DNA of 64,000 nt from Acidimicrobiaceae bacterium (lineage in GTDB: Bacteria; Actinomycetota; Acidimicrobiia; Acidimicrobiales; Acidimicrobiaceae), in contig JABEUM010000169.1 of the NCBI GenBank assembly GCA_013044475.1, positions 2,116-66,115 on the forward strand, given 5' to 3'. Both the position numbers and the translations under genes were made by a program. Positions 52,176 through 63,780 of the stretch are shown here, piece by piece. Every line of letters starts with the position of its first letter. Position 1 is the first letter of the stretch. Below the pieces are notes generated by a model. It did no database searches, had not been told where the DNA came from, and saw nothing but the letters and a program-made list of their open reading frames with translations.

Positions 52176-52795
52176 GAGGAATTAGCTCCCATCAGCTGGG
52201 TGATTTGAGGGTGATTAGGATGCGGCGGCGACACTTGCCTGGAGTGTTGCGCATCGAGAATCGGTCATATCCGCGCCCTTGGTCGTTGGGGATATTTCTT
52301 TCCGAGATTTCGCTTGGTGAGTCTCGCCAGTACTTTGTAGCTGTTCTGGGCTCAAAGGTCATTGGGTACTGCGGGATGATGATCATACTCGATGAATGCC
52401 ACATCACTAATATTGCCGTCGACGGCTCTTATGGGTCAAAGGGGGTCGCAAAGCGTCTACTTCTCAACGCTTTTGAAGTGGCTCAAGGACTATCAATTAA
52501 GGACATGACCTTGGAGGTTAGGGCGAGTAACCAGATTGCCCAGCGGCTCTACTTCAAATTCGGATTCGAACCCGTGGGCATCCGGAAGAACTACTATGCG
52601 GAGTCAAATGAGGACGCCGTGATCATGTGGTGCTACGACATTGCGTCAGAGGAGAACAGCCGAAGAAGAGAAAAGGTTAGAGCTGAATTGAAGGATTTCA
52701 GGCGGGATTCCACAGCCGAGGAGTCCTCAGAAGGATCGGTAGACCTCGATGTCGAGGAGTCGATAGAGGCGCAAAGTGGCGAATCAGATGAGTGA
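52160..52795 (+). CDS. rimI: Ribosomal-protein-alanine N-acetyltransferase RimI, with acidic C-terminal tail
   Basis: IENRSYPRPWS, HITNIAVDGSYGSKGVAKRLL, LEVRASNQIAQRLYFKFGF. The start is uncertain (ATG 52160 or downstream). Confidence 0.85.
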   Translation: MGEGLRGISSHQLGDLRVIRMRRRHLPGVLRIENRSYPRPWSLGIFLSEISLGESRQYFVAVLGSKVIGYCGMMIILDECHITNIAVDGSYGSKGVAKRLLLNAFEVAQGLSIKDMTLEVRASNQIAQRLYFKFGFEPVGIRKNYYAESNEDAVIMWCYDIASEENSRRREKVRAELKDFRRDSTAEESSEGSVDLDVEESIEAQSGESDE

Positions 52796-53822
52796 GAAAA
52801 AACTGTTCTGCGCTAACAACTTCACCATCTTGGGGATAGAAACCTCCTGCGACGAAAGTGCTGCCTCGGTGGTGAGTGCAAATATGGTGCGCTCTTCGGT
52901 GATTTCGGATCAAGGCAAGATCCACTCAGGTTTTGGGGGGGTGGTTCCAGAACTCGCCTCCAGGGAGCATGAAAGGGTCATAATCTCGGTAATTGACGAG
53001 GCTTTGAAAAGGGCCAGGATTTCGAACCCATATCGAGAGATCGATGCAATTGCCGTTACAAAGGGTCCCGGGTTGATGGGTTCCCTCCTCGTAGGCGTGG
53101 CGGCGGCTAAATCCCTCTCTCTCACCTGGGGGGTCCCTCTTGTCGGTGTAGATCACATGGAGGGCCACATCTTCGCTTCGTCGCTTGAGACTAGTCCAGC
53201 GGAGCTTCCGGCGATGGTACTTCTGGTCTCCGGAGGGCACACCCAGTTGATCTATGTAAACGGTCCCGGTAGGTATCAGCTCGTCGGAACTTCAATCGAT
53301 GATGCTGCCGGTGAGGCTTTTGACAAGGTTGCAAGGCTCCTTGGACTTGGCTTTCCTGGGGGCCCGGCGATAGACCTCGCTGCTAGGCAAGTCGAAGGTG
53401 GCTTTATTCGCTTTCCAAGGGCGATGCTCAATAAGGGTTATGACTTCTCCTTTTCCGGCCTCAAGACCGCCGTGCTGAACTATCTGGAGACGAATAAGGT
53501 GGCTTCACCAGAGTTAGTCGCAGCGAGTTTCCAAGAAGCCGTGGTCGATGTGCTGGTGAAGAAGACCTTTGCGGCGGCTAAAGCCTATGGGGTCAAATCT
53601 GTCGTGCTTGGAGGCGGAGTTGCCGCTAACTCTAGGTTGCGCTACGAGGTCTCATCTGCAGCGCAGGAGATGGGAATACAGGCGGCCATACCTGCTCCGA
53701 TCTCTTGTACCGACAACGGATCGATGATTGCGGCTGCGGGCGCTTACCGCCTCGGAGTAGACGGACCTAGCGACCCGGTCTTTGGTGTTGAGCCATCGGC
53801 GATGCTTAAATATTTCGAGTGA
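52776..53822 (+). CDS. tsaD: tRNA N6-adenosine threonylcarbamoyltransferase TsaD
   Basis: ILGIETSCDESAASVV, GVDHMEGHIF, LLVSGGHTQL, AAGEAFDKVARLLGLGFPGGP. GTG 52776 follows AGAGG; ATG 52788 is an alternative. Confidence 0.95.
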   Translation: MANQMSEKKLFCANNFTILGIETSCDESAASVVSANMVRSSVISDQGKIHSGFGGVVPELASREHERVIISVIDEALKRARISNPYREIDAIAVTKGPGLMGSLLVGVAAAKSLSLTWGVPLVGVDHMEGHIFASSLETSPAELPAMVLLVSGGHTQLIYVNGPGRYQLVGTSIDDAAGEAFDKVARLLGLGFPGGPAIDLAARQVEGGFIRFPRAMLNKGYDFSFSGLKTAVLNYLETNKVASPELVAASFQEAVVDVLVKKTFAAAKAYGVKSVVLGGGVAANSRLRYEVSSAAQEMGIQAAIPAPISCTDNGSMIAAAGAYRLGVDGPSDPVFGVEPSAMLKYFE

Positions 53823-53859
53823 GAGTTGAGACTACTTTTGTCACCTTGTTCCGGGAAAG

Positions 53860-53888
53860 TTGGCAGATTTTAGCTAGAAGTGAAGAAT
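53860..53888 (+). promoter_or_regulatory. Candidate groESL promoter
   Basis: TTGGCA (53860-53865), a 17-nt spacer, then AAGAAT (53883-53888), placed 12 nt upstream of the CIRCE element. Pattern match only. Confidence 0.3.
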
Positions 53889-53899
53889 AACTACCGCAA

Positions 53900-53926
53900 T
53901 TAGCACTCAGACTGCTAGAGTGCTAA
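53900..53926 (+). promoter_or_regulatory. CIRCE operator (HrcA binding site)
   Basis: TTAGCACTC-AGACTGCTA-GAGTGCTAA is a perfect match to the TTAGCACTC-N9-GAGTGCTAA consensus. It lies 43 nt upstream of groES. Confidence 0.92.
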
Positions 53927-53968
53927 TTGGCCAATATCCGGTCCAAACCTTACAAGGAGGCTTGTTAG

Positions 53969-54262
53969 ATGAAGCTCCAACCGCTGGAGGATCGCATTGT
54001 AGTGCGGCCGGCAGAGTCCGAAGAGAGGACCGCCTCAGGGCTGGTCATCCCGGACACTGCTAAAGAGAAGCCGCAGCAGGGAGAGGTTCTTGCCGTCGGT
54101 CCCGGTCGCAGGGCTGAGTCGACTGGGCAGATCATTCCGCTAGATATTCAGGTGGGCGACACAGTTGTCTACTCGAAGTACGGCGGTACCGAAGTGTCCC
54201 TCGAGGGCGTAGATTACCTCGTCCTTTCTTCTCGTGACATTCTGGCAAAGGTGAACAAGTAG
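53969..54262 (+). CDS. groES: Co-chaperonin GroES
   Basis: [45 protein letters not shown]. Confidence 0.97.
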   Translation: MKLQPLEDRIVVRPAESEERTASGLVIPDTAKEKPQQGEVLAVGPGRRAESTGQIIPLDIQVGDTVVYSKYGGTEVSLEGVDYLVLSSRDILAKVNK

Positions 54263-55906
<1,644 letters not shown>

Positions 55907-55954
55907 CTTGTCATGGCCGAACGGCCAAGACGACTAAGGACTGCTAAAGATCCA

Positions 55955-55985
55955 GGGGACAGGGCGTTGCTCTGTCCCCTTTTCG
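55955..55985 (+). terminator. Intrinsic terminator after groEL
   Basis: GGGGACAG / CTGTCCCC stem followed by TTTTCGG. Confidence 0.7.
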
Positions 55986-56067
55986 GTTAATTCTGCTGAG
56001 TCGGCTTGAGCGCGAGGACTCAAATTGGTGCTTCGGGGCAAGTAACATCGGAAGTAGGGGGTAAGAG

Positions 56068-56799
56068 TTGGTGAACACGTCGGCGGACTATCGAAGCAGA
56101 TATCCACAGGTTATTCCCGTACCCGCATTTGTCGGAGTAGCGGAGAAGTCGCGATGGCAGACGCAGGTTTCAGGGTTAGCCCGGGTCGACTTGGAAAAGG
56201 CGACTGCAATCCTACGAAGTCGCCTGAGTTCGGATCATTTCGATAGCCGTCCCAAATCCAACGGATCTTCGCGCCAGGCCGCAGTTCTCATTCCAATATT
56301 TGATTTTCAGGGAAGCATGGGGATAGTCCTCACAAAGAGATCGACCAAGCTTTCCAGGCATGCCGGTGAGATCTCCTTTCCAGGGGGTGGAGTGGAGCCA
56401 GGAGAGACCTTCTTCCAGGCGGCGATTAGGGAGGCTCAAGAGGAAGTGGGCCTGGAACCATCTGATGTGGAAAGAATTGGCCTGCTCGGGTCATTGCAAA
56501 CGATCAGGCATTCGGAGAGTTTTCTTGCATATGTGGGAAAGATACCGAGAAGTTCCCAACTTTCTGAGTCAGAAGAGGTGGAAAAGGTTATAAAAGTGAG
56601 CCTGCGGGATTTGATTGATCTTGACAGGCATCACTCTGAGGTATGGTCGTCCCCTGAGTTCGGCAGCAGGACAATGCATTTTTTTGAACTGGAGACGGAC
56701 CTTGTTTGGGGAGCAACTGCGAGTCTATTATCCGACTTGTTGGATGTATTGGCAGGCGGAGAGTCTAAAGGAGGAATAGATGGCAACTCTGAGTTTTGA
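56068..56799 (+). CDS. Nudix hydrolase, CoA pyrophosphatase subgroup
   Basis: NuCoA-like motif VLTKRSTKLSRHAGEISFPGG immediately followed by the Nudix box GGVEPGETFFQAAIREAQEEVGL. The start is uncertain (TTG 56068 / GTG 56071). Confidence 0.8.
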   Translation: MVNTSADYRSRYPQVIPVPAFVGVAEKSRWQTQVSGLARVDLEKATAILRSRLSSDHFDSRPKSNGSSRQAAVLIPIFDFQGSMGIVLTKRSTKLSRHAGEISFPGGGVEPGETFFQAAIREAQEEVGLEPSDVERIGLLGSLQTIRHSESFLAYVGKIPRSSQLSESEEVEKVIKVSLRDLIDLDRHHSEVWSSPEFGSRTMHFFELETDLVWGATASLLSDLLDVLAGGESKGGIDGNSEF

Positions 56800-57187
56800 G
56801 GGTGAGACGCAGCAGGAACTCGAAGAGAAGGTTCGAAACTGGCTCTCATCGGTCGAGCAGGGCCGTTCCAAAGCAGATCCTCAAGCATTGTTTGACTCCA
56901 TCGGCAAGGTAATTGGAACCATTGCTAAAGCGGCATCGGTCGCTGGAGAGAGCCTGTCAGGTGGTGGGGGAGACCTAAACACTGCGGTTGAATTAGTGAA
57001 GATCGGGTTCGAATTTGGTGATAGTGCTCAAAAGGTTATTAACGAGGGCATAGAGCTGATCGGACCGGTAGTGGATTCAGAAGCGTTGAGAAAGAGGGTT
57101 GAACTGGCAAGAGACGGCCTAATCCAAGAGCTTGTTACCACCATCGTTAATAGTGGCGAAGCCAAGGGGAGTCCCAAGGAGCATTAG
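56780..57187 (+). CDS. Hypothetical small acidic protein (135 aa), no family recognised
   Basis: ATG preceded by AAAGGAGGA with about 4-nt spacing. It overlaps the Nudix 3' end by 20 nt. It looks helical by eye, with a Gly-rich linker SLSGGGGD. Confidence 0.6.
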   Translation: MATLSFEGETQQELEEKVRNWLSSVEQGRSKADPQALFDSIGKVIGTIAKAASVAGESLSGGGGDLNTAVELVKIGFEFGDSAQKVINEGIELIGPVVDSEALRKRVELARDGLIQELVTTIVNSGEAKGSPKEH

Positions 57188-57190
57188 TCG

Positions 57191-57559
57191 CTAGATGTGA
57201 ACGCCTAATAAATATCCAAGGGCAACCATAGCCAGTCCCGCGAGGAAGCTTCCTGCCATGTTTATAATCGCTGACATGAACTGACCCTCTCTTAGCAGCC
57301 CGAAACTCTCGAAGCTAAGCGTGGAAAATGTTGTGTACGCTCCGACTAGCCCCGTTCCAAAGATTAAGTAGCCCGCATGGGATAGCAGATGGTTGGTCAG
57401 AAGGCCGAAGAGAAATCCTAGGATTAGTGCTCCCGACATGTTGACCGCAAATGTTCCTAATGGAAAGTCGCCGTTAGTTCTTGACATGACCCACCTGTCA
57501 AAAAGGTACCTGACTACCGCACCAACCGCACCGATTAGTGCAGCTAAGACGTTATCCAA
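57191..57559 (-). CDS. crcB: Fluoride channel CrcB/FluC (second copy)
   Basis: 122 aa, 4 TM. GTFAVNMSGALILGFLFG and GAYTTFSTLSFE motifs. Confidence 0.9.
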   Translation of the reverse strand: MDNVLAALIGAVGAVVRYLFDRWVMSRTNGDFPLGTFAVNMSGALILGFLFGLLTNHLLSHAGYLIFGTGLVGAYTTFSTLSFESFGLLREGQFMSAIINMAGSFLAGLAMVALGYLLGVHI

Positions 57560-57560
57560 C

Positions 57561-57890
57561 CTATTGCACCCTACGATTCAGTACTTCGACTGATTCTTTA
57601 GTTACGAAAAATGATTCGATGTTGGTCTCTATTGAGTCGAGAAAAGAGTCGATCTTCTCACTGGTATCGATGAGGACAATCACAATGGGCAGGTCGTCCG
57701 AGAGACTCAGTATTCGTTCTCGATGCAAGTGGTGGTGTGAACCGATTCCTTCTATGCCCCTGAAAACTGTCATCCCCAGAGCGGCCTCCTTGGCTTTCGA
57801 TGCGAGGAAATCCAGCGCGGATCTTTTGTGGATCCGCTGCGATTCGTCTAGATAGATATAGAGCTTGCAGGCGGAGTGCCACTCTCGCAT
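57561..57890 (-). CDS. DUF190 (PII-like fold) protein commonly linked to crcB
   Basis: KLYIYLDESQRIHKRSALDFLASKAKEAALGMTVFRGIEGIGSHH...DLPIVIVLIDTSEKIDSFL, sandwiched between two crcB genes with gaps of 1-3 nt. Confidence 0.75.
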   Translation of the reverse strand: MREWHSACKLYIYLDESQRIHKRSALDFLASKAKEAALGMTVFRGIEGIGSHHHLHRERILSLSDDLPIVIVLIDTSEKIDSFLDSIETNIESFFVTKESVEVLNRRVQ

Positions 57891-57893
57891 TTT

Positions 57894-58361
57894 CTAGTCC
57901 TCCCTTTGTCCGTCGCTATAGTGCCTCTCATCCCTGACCCTTCGGTTGACAAGGCTGACGAATCTGGATAACACTATGCCAAAATATACCGCTAGTACGC
58001 CGCCAATTACGGTCAAAATTAGATACTCAATTCCTAGGCCGAATTGGGAGTGGCGAATAAGGTTGAACGTTTCGAGTGTCGCAGTAGAAAAAGTAGTGAA
58101 TCCACCACAGATACCTGTACCGAATAGTGCTCGAAACTTTGCTGCATTTTGCACGAATGAACTTTGAGCCATTGTGACTACCATGCCAAGAATAAAAGCA
58201 CCTGCGAGGTTTATAATAAGTGTCGCAGTTGGAAAGCCTTTGCTGGCCATTGCCGTCTCGAGATAGACCCTGCCACCGGCTCCCGCAACTCCTCCCACGG
58301 CAACGAGTGCCAGGAGGGTTGAGCTATTTTTACTAGGGATGGACCGGAACCTTGCGATCAT
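57894..58361 (-). CDS. crcB: Fluoride channel CrcB/FluC (first copy, extended termini)
   Basis: 155 aa. ATLIINLAGAFILGMVV and GICGGFTTFSTATLE motifs. Confidence 0.9.
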   Translation of the reverse strand: MIARFRSIPSKNSSTLLALVAVGGVAGAGGRVYLETAMASKGFPTATLIINLAGAFILGMVVTMAQSSFVQNAAKFRALFGTGICGGFTTFSTATLETFNLIRHSQFGLGIEYLILTVIGGVLAVYFGIVLSRFVSLVNRRVRDERHYSDGQRED

Positions 58362-58634
58362 CCTTAGGCCCCAATTTCAGGACAGCATCGATGGTTCGCC
58401 CACAGGTAAAGTTCGGGAGTGATTCCCTTTGATGACCGCAACTTCAAATTGCGCACTTAGCTAATGATGTCAGGTGAAATAGCATAAAGCAGGATACAGC
58501 GCAGGCATCACTCCAAGACCGAGGAGCGATCGACCCGCAATTTGCATCGAAATCTTGGTTGCAAGTGGGACGTTTCAGCACTCATCGACTCCTCGGACGA
58601 ACGGTTATATTATTTGTCTTGCTCGATTCTAACC

Positions 58635-58697
58635 CGTCGCCTGACATGGTTAGTGGTTCTGGCCTTCTTGACTTTTTCTTGATTCGTCGCCTGTCAT
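58635..58697 (+). repeat. Direct repeat CGTCGCCTG(A/T)CAT, two copies exactly 50 nt apart; a third inverted copy lies at 58467-58476
   Basis: 58635-58647 CGTCGCCTGACAT, 58685-58697 CGTCGCCTGTCAT, and 58467-58476 ATGTCAGGTG (reverse complement CACCTGACAT). All lie in the ORF-free crcB/sqdB intergenic region. Confidence 0.6.
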
Positions 58698-59000
58698 CTC
58701 CGAGACGAAATGCCAAACGCCGGTTATTCGCCGCACTCCAATTGCGCTTGAGAAGCGTCTTGATCCGACCTGTTGGCTGTGGGGTGGGTGAGAAAATGCT
58801 ATGAAAATGTTAAGGATTGCTGAGAAGAAGCGCTTTGGATCTGCTCGCGACTAGCCTTAATTAGTCGATTCACCCCAGCGCCGTGCTATAGGGCACGGCG
58901 GGTGTGAGTTTAGATCCACCATTTTGGTGGATGAAATTGTACGAAAGTTTAAGTTGTTTGGCGTGCCCGAATCCAGGAGATCTCAATGGGGCGCAAATGA

Positions 59001-60287
<1,287 letters not shown>

Positions 60288-60328
60288 CCGCTAAAGCTCG
60301 GAGCTAAATGAACCCAAGGCGACAGTCG

Positions 60329-60400
60329 GCCTAGCAAGCCGGACAACTTGGGTCTTCAATCAAGTTACGGAGTAGTTCAATCTCCAATAGCTCGCTGTTG
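60329..60400 (+). pseudogene. Decayed duplicate of an internal sqdB segment (relic fragment)
   Basis: 60350-60397 matches sqdB 59902-59949 at about 38 of 48 positions by hand alignment. In the corresponding frame it reads WVFNQVTE*FNLQ*LAV, against [17 protein letters not shown] in the gene. Confidence 0.55.
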
Positions 60401-60569
60401 CTGTGCCCGCCAATGCCCTTTTCTATTTGAAATCAGCTGGCAGATCTGGCGGCTGCAGTTTTAAAGTGGGGCTTATCAGCGGCGTTTAGCAAAGGGCGAA
60501 ACGGGTGGATTGTGCCTTATGCGCTAGTTTGTTCTAAATGGCTACGAAAAGTCCAGAGGGGTTGAGTAG

Positions 60570-61610
60570 ATGGGCTTTTTCTCAAGAAAATTGGTCGACG
60601 CAAAAGTAGAGCCAGATTTGCCTGATTCGGGGGTCGATCTTTCCAATTTTGAAGAAGCCAGTTACCTTGAAGCAAATCCAGACGTGCTGCGGGCGGTCGA
60701 GGATGGTCAGTTCGCCTCCGGGAAGGAACACTACCTTGAATTTGGAAGGCAAGAGGGGCGTCCAACTCGACTTGGTGGAACTACCCGTGATTTAAAGAAG
60801 GCATTCGCCATCGCAGATCCTTCTGGCAAAGGGCTTGAGATCGGCCCGAGCCATAACCCGATAGCACCAAAGCGGGACGGTTATGACGTAGAGATAGTTG
60901 ATCATCTGAACCAGGATCAGCTTCGGGAAAAATATGCTGATCAGGGAGTCGATACCTCGAAGATAGAACCCGTAGACTTTGTCTGGAACGGTGAGCCCCT
61001 CGATCAGCTAGTTCGTAAAAAGTCTCATTACGACTGGATAGTGGCCAGTCACTTGATGGAACATGTTCCCAATCCGATATCGATGCTTCAACAGTGCCAC
61101 GAGATTCTAAAACCAAACGGTGTCCTGTCCTTGGTCGTTCCGGACAAGAGATACTGCTTTGACTACTTTCGACCTATCTCATCCACCGGCGACCTGTTGG
61201 ACGCTTACGAACTAAGTCGCACACGTCCGAGTCGGGGCCAGATGTTTGATCACTTCGCTTCGGCTGCCAGCAGAGATGGTGCGATATCCTGGGGAAGAGA
61301 TGGCAAGGGAGGGGCGGATTCCTTGATCCACGACCTAGCGAGTGCCGTCGAGATATACGATTCGAAACAGAGTGAGTATGTTGACGTCCATTGCTGGTGC
61401 TTTACCTTATCGTCTTTCGAACTGATAATCGCTGACCTTAGAGAGCTCGCTTTGACCCGGTTCGTAATTAAAGAGCGCTTCGATACTGAGGCGGGAGAGT
61501 TCTACGTTTCGTTGGTGAACGAGCCAAATGAAATTCAGACAAGCCGTCTGCACGCGCTCATCGGGATCGAGGCAGATCTCCTAGCAATCAAAAATGAACC
61601 CGAGGACTAG
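60570..61610 (+). CDS. Class I SAM-dependent methyltransferase-like protein with an N-terminal YLxxNPDV...HYxxxGxxEGR module
   Basis: Motif I-like GLEIGPSHNP, then IVASHLMEHVPNP and LKPNGVLSLVVPDKRY (Methyltransf_11/23-like layout). N-terminal YLEANPDVLRAVEDGQFASGKEHYLEFGRQEGR. Confidence 0.6.
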   Translation: MGFFSRKLVDAKVEPDLPDSGVDLSNFEEASYLEANPDVLRAVEDGQFASGKEHYLEFGRQEGRPTRLGGTTRDLKKAFAIADPSGKGLEIGPSHNPIAPKRDGYDVEIVDHLNQDQLREKYADQGVDTSKIEPVDFVWNGEPLDQLVRKKSHYDWIVASHLMEHVPNPISMLQQCHEILKPNGVLSLVVPDKRYCFDYFRPISSTGDLLDAYELSRTRPSRGQMFDHFASAASRDGAISWGRDGKGGADSLIHDLASAVEIYDSKQSEYVDVHCWCFTLSSFELIIADLRELALTRFVIKERFDTEAGEFYVSLVNEPNEIQTSRLHALIGIEADLLAIKNEPED

Positions 61611-61676
61611 CGAAGGCTATCGACTTATCGTTCAAGTAGTTGCGAAAGATATATGAAGTTCATTTAGGCAGAGGTG

Positions 61677-62627
61677 TTATCTGTTTTCGCTGTGTTTTTG
61701 AGAGGCCGAGACGACTATCCGAGAAATTACGATCAGCAGGACCACACCAACTATCAGCAGGAATGCGGCGTCGTATGAGAGCTGTACTGCGGCCTTTGAC
61801 GGTTGGTTGTAAAAGGTCCAAACGGCATATGTGAGATATCCCAGAGGCGAATGTGTAACGGCGAGCTTCGGCAGATTTTGTGAGTATCCAGCGGTGTAAA
61901 GCAGTGGAGCCGTCTCGCCCGTGGCAATTGCTACCGCTACGATAATTCCTGTGACAACTCCAGGAAGGGCGCTTTTAAGGGTAATCCGCCTGAGGATATA
62001 CCCTTCTGAGAGTCCCAACGCCTCGCCACCTTCGCTATAGCCCGACGGGACCTGCCTTAGTGCTACTTCGGTAGTCTTTGAGACGTAAGGTACGACCATC
62101 AGCGAAAGGGTGATCAGGCCTGCGCCAAGGGAAAACCCCCAGTGAAAGTGGACAACCAGTGCGATGTAGCCGACGTACCCAAAGACGATGGATGGGATGC
62201 CCGCTAACACTTCGGACGAGGACCTTAAGAAGTTCCCAAACTTGTTTTTGGCGTAATTTGAGAGATAGATACCCGAGAGTATGCCCAGGCCACCCGCTAT
62301 TACTAGTACGCCAAGAACGATGACCAGGGTTCCGGCTATTTCATTCTTGAGCCCACCACCAAGTCCCGTAGTGTTGGAGGTAAGAACAGAGAATTGAAAA
62401 TGTGGGAGGGCTTGAAGGACCACGTGGCCGACGATTAAGACCGCCGGAGTGATCACTAATAGCAGGGTGAGATAGCTCAGAGACCAAGCGATTCGCGCCT
62501 TGAACCCTCGAGTTGTGTTGCTCTTGATACCTTGAACCTCGACTAGCTTTGACAAAGTCTCAAAGTTCAATCGATCTGCGTCACTTTGGGATTGAGGAGA
62601 CGAGGGATTGTTCGGCAACTCAGACAC
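61677..62627 (-). CDS. pstA: Phosphate ABC transporter permease PstA
   Basis: 316 aa, second permease of the operon. The EAA-like region EGGEALGLSEGYILRRITLKSALPG and TGETAPLLYTAG. Confidence 0.9.
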   Translation of the reverse strand: MSELPNNPSSPQSQSDADRLNFETLSKLVEVQGIKSNTTRGFKARIAWSLSYLTLLLVITPAVLIVGHVVLQALPHFQFSVLTSNTTGLGGGLKNEIAGTLVIVLGVLVIAGGLGILSGIYLSNYAKNKFGNFLRSSSEVLAGIPSIVFGYVGYIALVVHFHWGFSLGAGLITLSLMVVPYVSKTTEVALRQVPSGYSEGGEALGLSEGYILRRITLKSALPGVVTGIIVAVAIATGETAPLLYTAGYSQNLPKLAVTHSPLGYLTYAVWTFYNQPSKAAVQLSYDAAFLLIVGVVLLIVISRIVVSASQKHSENR

Positions 62628-63684
62628 CCCGCCCTACTGGTAGACCGGAGGAAGAGACCCTTTTGACGAGGAGCCTTGCGGCTACGTTGGTAAGCAGCGT
62701 TATGACCATTAGGACCAATGCTGTCTCGGCCAGAGTCTTGACGTAGAAGCCTGTTCCATCGGTCAATGCCGAGTCGAGCTGTGAGACGATCGTCGCTGCG
62801 ATCGTGGTGAAGGTCGAATATAGATTGCTCGGAATTGTTCCGAGGACAGAACCGGAGACCATCGCAACAGCCATGGTCTCACCGAGCGCCCTGGCAAGAC
62901 CTAAGATGCAGGCGCCTATCACTCCTTTACTAACCCAGGGAAGGGTTATCTTTTTAGTTGTCTCCCAGTCGGTCATGCCGATTGCCATTCCACCTTCTTC
63001 GGTGAGTGTCGGGACCTGTTTAAGGAGATCCCTGGTCGTAGCGGATATGATCGGGATGACCATTATTGCGAGAATGATTCCAGAGGTGATTAGGCCTTCT
63101 CCGTGGCCAACGTTGCCTTTGAAGAAATTGAAGCCGAAACCTGAGGGTGCATGTTTGGCTATCAACGGAAAGACGTCTCGTGAAAGCGTGGGCCCGAGGG
63201 TCATTACTCCCCAGAGTCCATATACAACACTCGGTATGCCGGTGAGAATTTCTAAGAAGAATCCGACCCCTGTGGATAGCCCCTTTGGAAGTTTCTTGAC
63301 TACCGCTAGAGCGGCTCCAATTGATACCGGAACAGCGATCAAGAGTGCAATTCCGGAGGACTCAAGTGTGCCCGCCAATAGGGGCCAGATACCGAAACTC
63401 GATCCTACCGGGTGGAGTATTCCGTCTGTCTTCGTGGGTAGCGAATAGGTTCCACCCGGACGCCAGGCGAATTTTGTAAAGAACGAAATGCCGTTTAGCT
63501 TTATCGCCGGAAGGGATTCTGACAGCAGTACGGCAACTATTGCCAAAAGAGCGAGCACCGGTATAAGCGCTGCGACTGTGGAAACTATTTTTAGTCCTAG
63601 AAAAGACCTATTGCCCTTTTCCCGATGCCGGATGTTCTCGTCAGGTGAATCATGCCTCTCGGTGGGCACAACGGTGGAACTCAA
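62620..63684 (-). CDS. pstC: Phosphate ABC transporter permease PstC
   Basis: 354 aa, first permease. EEGGMAIGMTDWETTKKITLPWVSKG and LARALGETMAVAMV. Confidence 0.9.
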   Translation of the reverse strand: MSSTVVPTERHDSPDENIRHREKGNRSFLGLKIVSTVAALIPVLALLAIVAVLLSESLPAIKLNGISFFTKFAWRPGGTYSLPTKTDGILHPVGSSFGIWPLLAGTLESSGIALLIAVPVSIGAALAVVKKLPKGLSTGVGFFLEILTGIPSVVYGLWGVMTLGPTLSRDVFPLIAKHAPSGFGFNFFKGNVGHGEGLITSGIILAIMVIPIISATTRDLLKQVPTLTEEGGMAIGMTDWETTKKITLPWVSKGVIGACILGLARALGETMAVAMVSGSVLGTIPSNLYSTFTTIAATIVSQLDSALTDGTGFYVKTLAETALVLMVITLLTNVAARLLVKRVSSSGLPVGRGV

Positions 63685-63780
63685 ATGTGACTCCCGGAAA
63701 TGTCATTCGATCGGAACCAGTGGTGGCCCAGCGGTCATCATTGTCAGTTTGCAGAGGGTTTCGGCGAAGCTGAGAAGGAG

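Noticed and set aside
58362-58560. Possible fluoride (crcB-motif) riboswitch upstream of the crcB operon
   Set aside because: Only fragments resemble the consensus. GATGGTTCGCC and GATGAC occur, but on the wrong (plus) strand and without the P1 5' partner. The minus strand has CGAUGCUGUCCUG without a pseudoknot partner. A covariance-model search is needed to be certain.
58559-58804. 81-aa ORF in the crcB-sqdB spacer
   Set aside because: It has a TTG start without an RBS and an Arg/Leu/Ser-rich composition. It also overlaps the repeated DNA motifs. More likely non-coding.
62804-63448. 214-aa plus-strand ORF inside pstC
   Set aside because: It is antisense to a clear PstC permease and its translation lacks any signature.
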